A stretch of 64,000 bases of DNA, taken from Candidatus Sericytochromatia bacterium. GTDB lineage: Bacteria > Cyanobacteriota > Sericytochromatia > S15B-MN24 > VGJW01. The stretch lies in the NCBI GenBank assembly GCA_035285865.1, contig JAYKHS010000028.1, forward strand, positions 32,001 through 96,000, in the 5' to 3' direction. The position numbers were made by a program, and so were the translations under genes. Shown piece after piece: positions 1 to 8,047 of the stretch (position 1 is its first letter; every line of letters begins with the position of its first letter). The notes under the pieces are model-generated. The model was not told the origin of the DNA and ran no database searches. It saw only the letters and a list, made by a program, of their open reading frames with translations.

Positions 1-48
1 CCTGAATTGACGGCCAAGTGCAGTCGGTTGGCCGTTCGCTGAGGACCC

Positions 49-1326
49 TCAGAGCGCCTTCGTGAAGAACTCCACGACGCGTTTTCTGTAACCTTCCGGG
101 TCAGTGCCGTCGGAGTTCGCGTGCCCTGCTCCGGGGACGAGCCAGAGACTCTTGGGCTCCTGTGCGGCTGCGTAGTTCACGCGGCTGTTCTCGGCGATGA
201 TGAACGGGTCCTCCTCGCCATGCACGATCTGGATGGGCCTCGGTGCGATGCGGGCCACCCACTTGTCGGGATCGGCTTCCGTGACGTCGGCGCCGACCTT
301 CCGGTTGACCGATTCCAGCACGGCAGCGACCACGAGCCGGACGAAGGGCGCTTGGAACCTGGAGGCGGCGCTCAGAATGGCCATCCGTACCGAGGCGAAG
401 CCGCAGTCGTCCCAGACGGCCTTGAAGTCCGGATCGGCGGCAGCCGCCCGAATCGAGGAGGCTCCACCGAGCGACAGGCCCAGAAGACCGAGCGAATCCA
501 GTCCGAGTTCCCGGGCCCATGCCTTTGCGGCGGCGATGTCGCGAGGCTCGTGCAGGCCGTAGGTCACGTGCTCGCCGGTCGAGGCACCATGCCGGCGCAG
601 GTCGATGGCAATCAGGTCGAAGCCGGCCTCATGGAGCGCCGGGACGACCACGGACCCCATCCAGATGGCCTTGCTCGCCCCATGGCCGTGCACGAGGATG
701 ACGGCCTTGCCGGTCCGGTTGCGTGCGGGGATGTGCCATGCGGCAATCCTGACGCCATCTTCGGCGGTCAAGGTACGCGCGGTGTACGTCAGCCCCAGAT
801 CACCCGGCGTGCGACGGTCTTCGTGGCGCTTGGGGTGAATCATGAACTCGGATCCGTGGTGCCCGACCAGACGCAGGTAGCGTCCCATCAGCCAGCCGCC
901 TATGGTCCGGCCCTCTCGGGCATCGGCCACGGGCTCCGCTGCGCCCGGGGTTTCTGCAGAAGCGGCCCGGAAGGAACCGGCCTGCGTGGCGCGAATATGG
1001 TCGGCCAACCGGTTCATCTCCGCCCGGGCGGAGAGAGCCGATGCGTGGATGCCTGCATGCTCGATCGTCATCGGGCGAAGCAGTTCAGCGCGCGTCAAGC
1101 TGCCGTTGCCGTCCTTGTCCAAGGTGCGGAAGACCTGGCCGGGTAGAGGCAGCGTGCGGGCATCCAGGCTGCCGTGCTCGCGAACGAGACGCTCGAGGAC
1201 GGCCTCCGCGAACGGACGGTCCTGATCCGGGGCTGGCGCGGTTCGGACCGGTGTCGCCTGTCCGCAGCCAACACCCGCCGCAGCGATGGCTGCGACGAGA
1301 AGAAGGCGGAGGGCGTGGTGCAACAT
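49..1326 (-). CDS. Lipoprotein: EF-hand-like motif plus C-terminal alpha/beta hydrolase
   Basis: Signal with lipobox GVGC; DKDGNGSLTRAE EF-hand loop; HG oxyanion motif, GLSLG nucleophile elbow, HGEED, GAGH. Confidence 0.85.
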   Translation of the reverse strand: MLHHALRLLLVAAIAAAGVGCGQATPVRTAPAPDQDRPFAEAVLERLVREHGSLDARTLPLPGQVFRTLDKDGNGSLTRAELLRPMTIEHAGIHASALSARAEMNRLADHIRATQAGSFRAASAETPGAAEPVADAREGRTIGGWLMGRYLRLVGHHGSEFMIHPKRHEDRRTPGDLGLTYTARTLTAEDGVRIAAWHIPARNRTGKAVILVHGHGASKAIWMGSVVVPALHEAGFDLIAIDLRRHGASTGEHVTYGLHEPRDIAAAKAWARELGLDSLGLLGLSLGGASSIRAAAADPDFKAVWDDCGFASVRMAILSAASRFQAPFVRLVVAAVLESVNRKVGADVTEADPDKWVARIAPRPIQIVHGEEDPFIIAENSRVNYAAAQEPKSLWLVPGAGHANSDGTDPEGYRKRVVEFFTKAL

Positions 1327-1505
1327 GGGACTCCTTCATGTTGTCCTAACCTTGTCTTAACAACTTGCGTCCTTTCGGCGTTTGCGCGAGAAATATTTTC
1401 GGTGCGCCCGACCGATGGTGCCGGCGATTGACGCCGGAGGCCATGGCGGAGTACCCCTTGGGTGCCGGCTCGGCCGGCCTTGAACTTGACGGAGGCTTGT
1501 CCGGA

Positions 1506-2120
1506 ATGGCCCTACCCCCATCGCAAGCGGCACTTGATGCGGCCCATGCCAGAGTTTCGCGACGTCGTTTCCAGCCCGGACCCTTGTCACGGGAGGTGCT
1601 GTCCACCCTGCTTGAGGCCGTTGCCCAGGCTCCGTCGGCCTACAATGTGCAACCGTGGCGGTTCACGGTGGTCGAGGAACCCGAACTGAAGGGCCGCCTT
1701 GCAGAGGCTGCCTACGGCCAGCCTCAGGTTCACTCCGCGCCGGCGGTGATCGTGCTCCATACGGACATGCAAGACGTCATGGCGAACCTCGAGGAGGTCG
1801 CGAACCCGGCTTTCGGCGATGCGGGCCGTGAGGGTTTCGTCGAGCGCGTTCGGGCGGCTTACGGGGTGCTCTCTTCCGACGACCTCGAGACTCTGGGCGC
1901 GAGCCAAGGGGGGATTGCGCTCGGTTACTTGCTGTTGCTTGCCGGGTCCATGGGCCTGGGGACTTCGCCGATGCTGGGTTTCGACCCCGCAAAGGTGCGT
2001 GCGCTTCTGGGCTTGCCCGGCCACGTCCGAATCCCCGCCCTGGTGGCCATCGGCATACCGGCGGAGGAGGGGAGTCCGCGCCATAGGCACCCCCTCGGGC
2101 GGATCGTGACCTGGCGCTAG
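1506..2120 (+). CDS. Nitroreductase family protein
   Basis: RVSRRRF, APSAYNVQPWRF and GLGTSPMLGFD motifs; start uncertain (ATG 1443 or 1506). Confidence 0.9.
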   Translation: MALPPSQAALDAAHARVSRRRFQPGPLSREVLSTLLEAVAQAPSAYNVQPWRFTVVEEPELKGRLAEAAYGQPQVHSAPAVIVLHTDMQDVMANLEEVANPAFGDAGREGFVERVRAAYGVLSSDDLETLGASQGGIALGYLLLLAGSMGLGTSPMLGFDPAKVRALLGLPGHVRIPALVAIGIPAEEGSPRHRHPLGRIVTWR

Positions 2121-2227
2121 GCGCCGAGAGCCGGAGATCGGCGCTGAAGGCGTCTTCGGATCTTGTTTGCAGTTGTTGAAATCTAGCGAGAAGTGCCATC
2201 TGTCGGGTCATGTAGGGATCAGGAGGC

Positions 2228-3475
2228 ATGATCCCGATGACGCTTCAGTCCGTTAGCAGCCAGGTGGTTCGTACGACGATGTCCTCGGTGGCGATGCCTG
2301 CCGATACCTTCGTCCAGGCTTTCGGCGTCGAGGACACGCCTGAGCAGCAGGCCTTGCCGGCATTCCGCGACGAAGCCTCGGTCGTGCCGACCGGACAGGG
2401 ATCGGGCCTCTCGCTCGATGCACCCGTGCCGGCTGCGCCTGCACCCAAGCCGGAGGCGGCTTCCGTCGTCACGGATCTTTTGAGCCGCCATCCAGAGTTG
2501 CCTCGCGAGGTCGCCGGCGTCAACGTGGGCGGCGTGCTCAACGACGTGCTCTCTGGCAAGGTCAGTCAGGAAGATGCACTCAAGAACATCTTTCCGCTCG
2601 AGCTCCGCCAGATCATCGAGCGGTTGCTCTTCGCCCTCCGGCAGAATCCGCCCGATCTGGCCGAGGCCGGGAAGGCAGTCAAGGCGCTGTGTGACTTTGC
2701 CGCCAAGCAAGAGGCAGTCGACGACTTCCTGAGCGGCAAGTCCAATTCGGTTCCGCCAGAGATGATGGCTGAGCTGGAGCAGACCTTCGGGGACTGGAAG
2801 GGCTTCGGTCGGAACGTGGATCCGACGAAGGGCACAGGCCCTCAGGGCGGGGCGCGCCTTCGTTCCGCCATCGAGGCCTACCAGAAAGGCGACATGGAGG
2901 CCGCTAAGGCTTCCTACGCTTCGGCCCAGCAGACGGCCTCTCCCGTCGCGCTGGATCTGGACGGTGACGGCAAGATCGGCACGACTGGCGTCTCGACGGC
3001 CAAGAACCGTATCGATGGCGAGGTTGGCAAGACCGTCTCCTTCGACATCGACGGGGACGGCGACAAGGACCAGATCGAGTGGATGGCCGGCCAGGATGGC
3101 CTGGTCGTCGACGATCGGGATGGCGGGGCCACTGCGGCCGCGGCTGGCAACGGCGAGATCGACGGCAAGCGACTCTTCGGGGATGAGGGCGGGAAGTACG
3201 GAAGCGGCTATGACAAGATGCGCAGCCACGATGTCGATGGCGACGGACGCCTTACGGGGAAGGAGCTCGAAGGGCTCAAGACCTGGGTCGATGCCGATGG
3301 AGATGCCAAGGTCGACCAGGGCGAGCTCAAGACCATGGCCGAGCTGGGCATCACCGAGCTGTCCGTCCAGAACCACGCCGAGACCAACGCCCGGGGCGAG
3401 ACGCTGGACCGTTCCAGCATGGTTCGCAACGGCGAGCGCCAGATGACCGAGGACGTCTGGTTCGCCAAGCAGTAG
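2228..3475 (+). CDS. Ca-binding protein with C-terminal FrpC self-processing-module-like domain
   Basis: AGGAGG RBS; PVALDLDGDG, FDIDGDG, LFGD, WVDADGD, ELKTMAELGI and DVWF motifs; no signal peptide. Confidence 0.75.
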   Translation: MIPMTLQSVSSQVVRTTMSSVAMPADTFVQAFGVEDTPEQQALPAFRDEASVVPTGQGSGLSLDAPVPAAPAPKPEAASVVTDLLSRHPELPREVAGVNVGGVLNDVLSGKVSQEDALKNIFPLELRQIIERLLFALRQNPPDLAEAGKAVKALCDFAAKQEAVDDFLSGKSNSVPPEMMAELEQTFGDWKGFGRNVDPTKGTGPQGGARLRSAIEAYQKGDMEAAKASYASAQQTASPVALDLDGDGKIGTTGVSTAKNRIDGEVGKTVSFDIDGDGDKDQIEWMAGQDGLVVDDRDGGATAAAAGNGEIDGKRLFGDEGGKYGSGYDKMRSHDVDGDGRLTGKELEGLKTWVDADGDAKVDQGELKTMAELGITELSVQNHAETNARGETLDRSSMVRNGERQMTEDVWFAKQ

Positions 3476-3489
3476 TGTCGTCTGAAGGT

Positions 3490-3519
3490 ACGGGGCGGGT
3501 CCGGCAGGGCCCGCCCCGT
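3490..3519. terminator. GC-rich hairpin between convergent genes
   Basis: ACGGGGCGGGTCC-GGCA-GGGCCCGCCCCGT; no U-tract. Confidence 0.6.
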
Positions 3520-3530
3520 CATGCTGGCCC

Positions 3531-4598
3531 TTAGTTTTCCAGCACCAGTGCCTGAGGCCCGTCGCCGACGCTGGTCCGGCTGATGATGCTCGCGCTGGCC
3601 AGATCCAGCACCGTGACCTTGTCCTCGCCGAAGTTGGGCACCCACGCGTGCTTGCCTTTGATCACGAGGCGCGAGGCCGAGGTGTCTCCGGGGTTCACCT
3701 TCCAGTCCTTTCGCGAATCGGTCAGGATCTGGCCCGAGGCCGGATCGAAGGCGATGAGCCCGTTGCCCCTGCCGTCACCATCCACCGAGGCCCCGAGCCC
3801 GGCCCAGCCCTTGCCGCTGCCGTCGACGGCAATGGAGGCGAAACGGGCACCCGCATCGAGCTTTGCCACGGCCTTGCCCTGTGCCGGGTCGACGATCAGG
3901 CCGCCGGTGACGGTGCCCAGTGCGAGACGCTTGCCGGGCAGCGTGGCGATGGCCCAGGGCGTGGCAGAGGCCTCGAGCGAGAGGGGAGTCACGAAGCTCT
4001 TCTGGTCGATGTCGTAGACCTGGATGCCGGACCAGGTCGTGGTGGCCCTGTAGGGTGGGGTCTCTTCGTAGGTGGTGTCGGCCGCCGCCATGTAGATGCG
4101 GTTGTCGATGCGCGCCATGGCGCCCTGGGTCTGATGTCCGTCGGGCAGATCGAGGGTCTTGAGCGTGGCTCCGTCGCTCAGGCGGACAAGAAAGGCTTTC
4201 TTGACCATCACGGAGCTGACGAGTATCTCGTCAGGGCCGGCGTCGAGCACTTCCATCGGATTGCTGCCCACCTCGAGGCTGATGCGTCGATCGATGGCGG
4301 ACGCTCCGAAGGGCCCCATGGCAATCTTGGCCTCCTTGGACTCCACGGTGAGCAAGGAGCTGCCGATGCGGACAAGCTGGTTCGGCCATTCACCGACCTC
4401 GAAGAGGCGCGTTACCTTGCCCGTCGCGGGCTCGACGCGCTCGACCGTCCGCCCGAGCCCGTGCAGGACGAGGAACGGGGTGTCTGCTTCAGGTGTTGGT
4501 GACGGATTGCCGGTGGTCGCGGAGGTCGTGGGCGCCTGGGCCTGGCAACCTGCAAGGCCCAGCGCAAGGGCAAACAAGGTGCGAAGGGAGTCGTGCAT
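3531..4598 (-). CDS. YncE/BtuG-like beta-propeller lipoprotein
   Basis: Lipobox LAGC; VGxxP blade repeats (VGEWPN, VGSNPM, VGDGPQ); directly downstream of btuB-like gene. Confidence 0.75.
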   Translation of the reverse strand: MHDSLRTLFALALGLAGCQAQAPTTSATTGNPSPTPEADTPFLVLHGLGRTVERVEPATGKVTRLFEVGEWPNQLVRIGSSLLTVESKEAKIAMGPFGASAIDRRISLEVGSNPMEVLDAGPDEILVSSVMVKKAFLVRLSDGATLKTLDLPDGHQTQGAMARIDNRIYMAAADTTYEETPPYRATTTWSGIQVYDIDQKSFVTPLSLEASATPWAIATLPGKRLALGTVTGGLIVDPAQGKAVAKLDAGARFASIAVDGSGKGWAGLGASVDGDGRGNGLIAFDPASGQILTDSRKDWKVNPGDTSASRLVIKGKHAWVPNFGEDKVTVLDLASASIISRTSVGDGPQALVLEN

Positions 4599-4628
4599 GA
4601 GGGAGCCTTTCTCGGGTGGTTTGGGGGG

Positions 4629-6431
4629 TTAGAGTTCCTGTGTCCAGGTCAGTCGCGCCGTTCGTCCCGGTGTGGGATAGCCCGGCTGGTAGGTGGGCCG
4701 GGTGTCGGCCAGATCTTCGGTCGTCAGCAGGAAGGTGCCGTGGCGTTCCGATCGCCACGACACCTGCAGGCCGAGGACGGTGATGGGGTCCAGGCGTCCC
4801 GTTTCGCTTGCCGTGGCGAAGCGGCGTCCCTGATGGTCGATTCGAACCGTGGCGGCAAGATTCTCGGCGGCCTGCCACGTCAGGCTGCCGCCCGCCACAT
4901 GATCCGGACGGAAGGGCAGTTCCCTGCCGGCTGTCGCTCCGGTGGTTCGGCCGTCGACGGTACGGCTCCACGTCTCGTGAAGCGCAAGGGTGCACTCCGG
5001 AACAGGCTGCCACGACACATTGGCTTCCAGACCCTGCCCCAGTGTTCTGCCGATGTTCTCAGGCCGCCATTGACCCCCGGGGCCTGGTTGCCAGGCGATG
5101 GTGTCTGCACCATCCCTCCGGAAGAGGGTGGCCTGTGCGGCAATCGCGCGGTTCGGTTTCCAGTCTAGACCGAGCTCGTCCTGCCAGTTGCGTTCGGGCC
5201 GCAACCCGGGGTTGCCGGCAGCCTCGCGACTGCTCGGCCAATACAGGTCGTTCAGTGTCGGTGCCCGGAAGGTCTGCCCGCTGCGCCATCGGAGCGTGGC
5301 ACCGGGGAGGGCCACCCAGGCGAGACCGATCCGGGGCGAGAGCCCGCCTTGGCTGGCCTCTGCCCCGAACTGCTCGAACCGTACCGAGGCCACGGTCGTC
5401 AGGCCACGAATCGGTTGCCAGATATCCTCCAGGAAGACCGCCTGCTGCCCGCGGTCGCCAAGGCGTTCTGCCTGATGCCACGTGAGGGTCGCTCCCGTAT
5501 CGAGGAGGTGTTCCCTCAGGGCTGCCTGATGACGGAATCGTGCCTCGGTGGACTGGAAGCTCGTCTGTTCCAACGTCGGGCCGAAGACACGATCGGGATC
5601 GGCCAACGAGGTGCTCGCGCCCTGTCGCGAGACCTGCCATTCCTGTCCGAGTCCGCGTTCGTCCCGGGTGTCCCAAGTCAGGGCTCCGAGCCAACGGGCG
5701 TCGCTCTGCCCGGCCCGTGGCGTCGGTTGGTTGATGTCTCCAGGCAGGCCCTTGTCGAAGCCGCCGCCGACCCATTGGAAGAGCAGGCGTCCGCCTTCCA
5801 GCCGTCGTTCGAGGTCGAGCGTGCCCTGCAGTTGCTCGGTTCCGGCATTCTGGCGATTGCCGGCGGGACGTCCGTCCCGGTTGAACGGGTAGGCGTTCAC
5901 GGCCTGAAGATGCCGCAACGACAGCGAGAACCTGCCGTTGGCATCGGCGTCGGCAAGGGTTGCCCCGATGGACCGTTCCCCCAGACTACCGATCCCGAGG
6001 CTGCTCCGACGCACCGGCCGCCGGGCTGAGGTCAGAATGATCACGCCGCCCGAAGCGTCGGCTCCGTAGGGTCCGGATCCTCCTCCGGAACGGATCTCGA
6101 CCGCATCCAGGCCCTCCAGCGGCAAGCTGCCGAGGTCTGCCTGACCCAGGCGGGGATCATTCAGTCGGACCCCGTCCCGGACGACGAGCACGCCCTCTGC
6201 ACCGACTCCGCGCCACGATGCGGTGGCCAAGGCACCTGGCTCGCCATAACTCCGTATGGCAAGGCCTGCTTGTCGCGCCAGCAATTCACCGAGCGTCCGC
6301 GCTCCGGAACGGATCAGGTCGTCGGCTGAAAGGCGCGTGACTGCCTGCGTCTGATCTTCGGGACGCGGCCGATGAGCTGCCACCGTGACTTCGCCAAGGT
6401 CGGGCAGCTCTGGCGGGACAGCCAGCAGCAT
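4629..6431 (-). CDS. btuB: TonB-dependent receptor, probable cobalamin transporter
   Basis: TonB-box-like EVTVAA; plug motifs RG..VLVVRDGV and EIRSG..YGADASGGVI; FRAPTLNDLY, GNPGLRPE; preceded by cobalamin riboswitch. Confidence 0.85.
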   Translation of the reverse strand: MLLAVPPELPDLGEVTVAAHRPRPEDQTQAVTRLSADDLIRSGARTLGELLARQAGLAIRSYGEPGALATASWRGVGAEGVLVVRDGVRLNDPRLGQADLGSLPLEGLDAVEIRSGGGSGPYGADASGGVIILTSARRPVRRSSLGIGSLGERSIGATLADADANGRFSLSLRHLQAVNAYPFNRDGRPAGNRQNAGTEQLQGTLDLERRLEGGRLLFQWVGGGFDKGLPGDINQPTPRAGQSDARWLGALTWDTRDERGLGQEWQVSRQGASTSLADPDRVFGPTLEQTSFQSTEARFRHQAALREHLLDTGATLTWHQAERLGDRGQQAVFLEDIWQPIRGLTTVASVRFEQFGAEASQGGLSPRIGLAWVALPGATLRWRSGQTFRAPTLNDLYWPSSREAAGNPGLRPERNWQDELGLDWKPNRAIAAQATLFRRDGADTIAWQPGPGGQWRPENIGRTLGQGLEANVSWQPVPECTLALHETWSRTVDGRTTGATAGRELPFRPDHVAGGSLTWQAAENLAATVRIDHQGRRFATASETGRLDPITVLGLQVSWRSERHGTFLLTTEDLADTRPTYQPGYPTPGRTARLTWTQEL

Positions 6432-6445
6432 GGGAGTGCGCGGAT

Positions 6446-6563
6446 TCCTTGCCTCGAGGAGAGACCGAGCAGGGGGACAGGTCCTGATGCCGGTCGGGCT
6501 CGGGGAGGCTTCCCCATACCGTTGCGGGACAGCGCCGGGTTCTCACCGGACTTCACGCATCAG
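6446..6563 (-). ncRNA. Cobalamin riboswitch (short class II-like)
   Basis: Minus strand CTGATGC...CCGGTGAGAACCCGG CGCTGTCCCGCAACGGT...GAGCCCGA...GCATCAG, then TCCT-CGAGGCA-AGGA hairpin over the RBS; upstream of btuB. Confidence 0.9.
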
Positions 6564-6569
6564 AGAGCT

Positions 6570-6770
6570 TCAGTCTAGCACGAGGGGAGAGCCTTTGCCT
6601 CCTCGGCCCGGAGTGCCGTAGTTCCTGCGGCCGTCCAGACTTGCCTCATCGGGCAACTCGCGCGGCGTTTCCTCGAATGCGGGCTCTCCTCCGCCGGCGT
6701 CCTCCCGCCGGAGGCTGCCTGTGACCGATGTCAGCCAGCCTGTACCCAGAGCACTTCTGATGGCATCCAG
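6570..6770 (-). CDS. Small protein (~66 aa), paralogue of 6850..7146, probable CTG start
   Basis: Hand translation LDAIRSALGTGWL...TPRELP...YGTPGR...SPLVLD*; GGTGA SD-like element 7 nt before CTG; same upstream motif as its paralogue. Confidence 0.55.
   Translation of the reverse strand: MDAIRSALGTGWLTSVTGSLRREDAGGGEPAFEETPRELPDEASLDGRRNYGTPGRGGKGSPLVLD
6572..6580 (-). promoter_or_regulatory. Extended -10 promoter for the riboswitch-btuB transcript
   Basis: TGcTAGACT about 8 nt upstream of the riboswitch. Confidence 0.55.
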
Positions 6771-6849
6771 CTTGCCGTCACCGTACCGTCGTGACGTTGA
6801 AACACGCTGAATTCACCAAGATTTCGGGCAGAAGACGCCCGTTGCGCCA

Positions 6850-7146
6850 CTACCCGCGACGAGCCCTGCCAGGAGAGGCGCCGAAGGTCTGCAGGCTTGT
6901 CTTGGTGATTTCGTTGTCTTGGGTGGTGGTTGGCAACTCGGGTGCCTTGTCGCTCGGGTCGAGGCGTACCGTGCGGTGCGCAGGATTCGCCTGACCACCC
7001 AGCAGGCGATTCCTGTCCTGCGAGTCGGCCTTCCCGTCATCCGGATGCGACGCCGGCGACTTCGGCACATCACCGACAGGCACGGGTGAGTCACCCTTGG
7101 CCCTCAACCAGCCCGTACCGCCCGATCCTCTGATGGCGTCAACCAT
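6850..7146 (-). CDS. Small hypothetical protein (98 aa)
   Basis: AGGAG RBS then ATG; MVDAIRGSGGTGWL...KAPELP...FGASPGR. Confidence 0.65.
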   Translation of the reverse strand: MVDAIRGSGGTGWLRAKGDSPVPVGDVPKSPASHPDDGKADSQDRNRLLGGQANPAHRTVRLDPSDKAPELPTTTQDNEITKTSLQTFGASPGRARRG

Positions 7147-7196
7147 GTTCAACTCCTGCTCGAGACGTGACGCGCCAGATCATACTCACCAAGGTT

Positions 7197-8027
7197 TCAG
7201 AACTGCAGGTCCTTGTAGATCCCGCCCTGAGCATCCAGCCAGCGTTCCCGCACGACGTTGCCCACCTCGTCGTAATGGAACTCCTGGCTCGCGGCGAGGC
7301 GGTCCTTGGCCCCGCGCAGTTCCACCCGCGCGAGCAGACCCTGCTTGTTCCAGGAGTACTTCTGCCTGCTGGTCCTCTCCTTGCCGCCGCCCAGATGCCA
7401 GGCCCGTTCGGTGACGCGACCTTCCTTGTCGTAGGTGAAACGCAGTTCACCGACCATGCGGCCATCCGGGCCGCGCTCGGCCTGCACCACGATCTCGCCG
7501 GCCTTGTCGTAGGCGTACTCCAGGATCTTGACCACTTGCCCGTCGGCGTCCGTCCAGGTTTCCGAGGTGTTCTGGCCCTTCTCGTCATAGGTCGAGGTGA
7601 TCGCGTAGAAGAGTGCCCCGTTCTGGTCGTACTCGGCGCGCCAGACCAGCAGGCCCGAAACGTCGTCGTAGCGATATCGGTGATGATTGTCGATACGCCC
7701 ATACCGGTCGATCCAGATGCCATCCCGCAGACGATGCTCATGCTCGTCGTATCGGTAGACCCGTTGGCTGGGCTTGGTGAAGGTCCTCTCGAACTTCTCG
7801 AAGAACACCACCCGTCCCATCACGTCCAGGTGATGGGTCTGATGCTCGTGGGGCACCTTGCCTTCCGGATATTCGTCGATGCCGACGACCTTGCCGAAGC
7901 GGTCGATGCGTCCGGTCCTGTAGTGGCGGGTCCGGACGACCTGGGCCTTTGCGGTGGCGATCAGGGTTTCGGCAGGCTCGATGACGATCGAGGATTGGGC
8001 GGGCGCAGGCATGGCGGTCTCCGGCAA
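7197..8027 (-). CDS. YD/RHS-repeat-like protein
   Basis: Repeated Y/F-x-YD-xx-G units (YRYDE, EYDQNG, TYDEKG, AYDKAG, TYDKEG, HYDEVG). Confidence 0.8.
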   Translation of the reverse strand: MPETAMPAPAQSSIVIEPAETLIATAKAQVVRTRHYRTGRIDRFGKVVGIDEYPEGKVPHEHQTHHLDVMGRVVFFEKFERTFTKPSQRVYRYDEHEHRLRDGIWIDRYGRIDNHHRYRYDDVSGLLVWRAEYDQNGALFYAITSTYDEKGQNTSETWTDADGQVVKILEYAYDKAGEIVVQAERGPDGRMVGELRFTYDKEGRVTERAWHLGGGKERTSRQKYSWNKQGLLARVELRGAKDRLAASQEFHYDEVGNVVRERWLDAQGGIYKDLQF

Positions 8028-8047
8028 GGCTGGGGGAAGGGGCGCGA

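Noticed and set aside
6570..6590. SPLVLD at the end of the small ORF resembling an SPM start
   Set aside because: No DGDG continuation in frame, and the bases coincide with the btuB -10 element; probably chance
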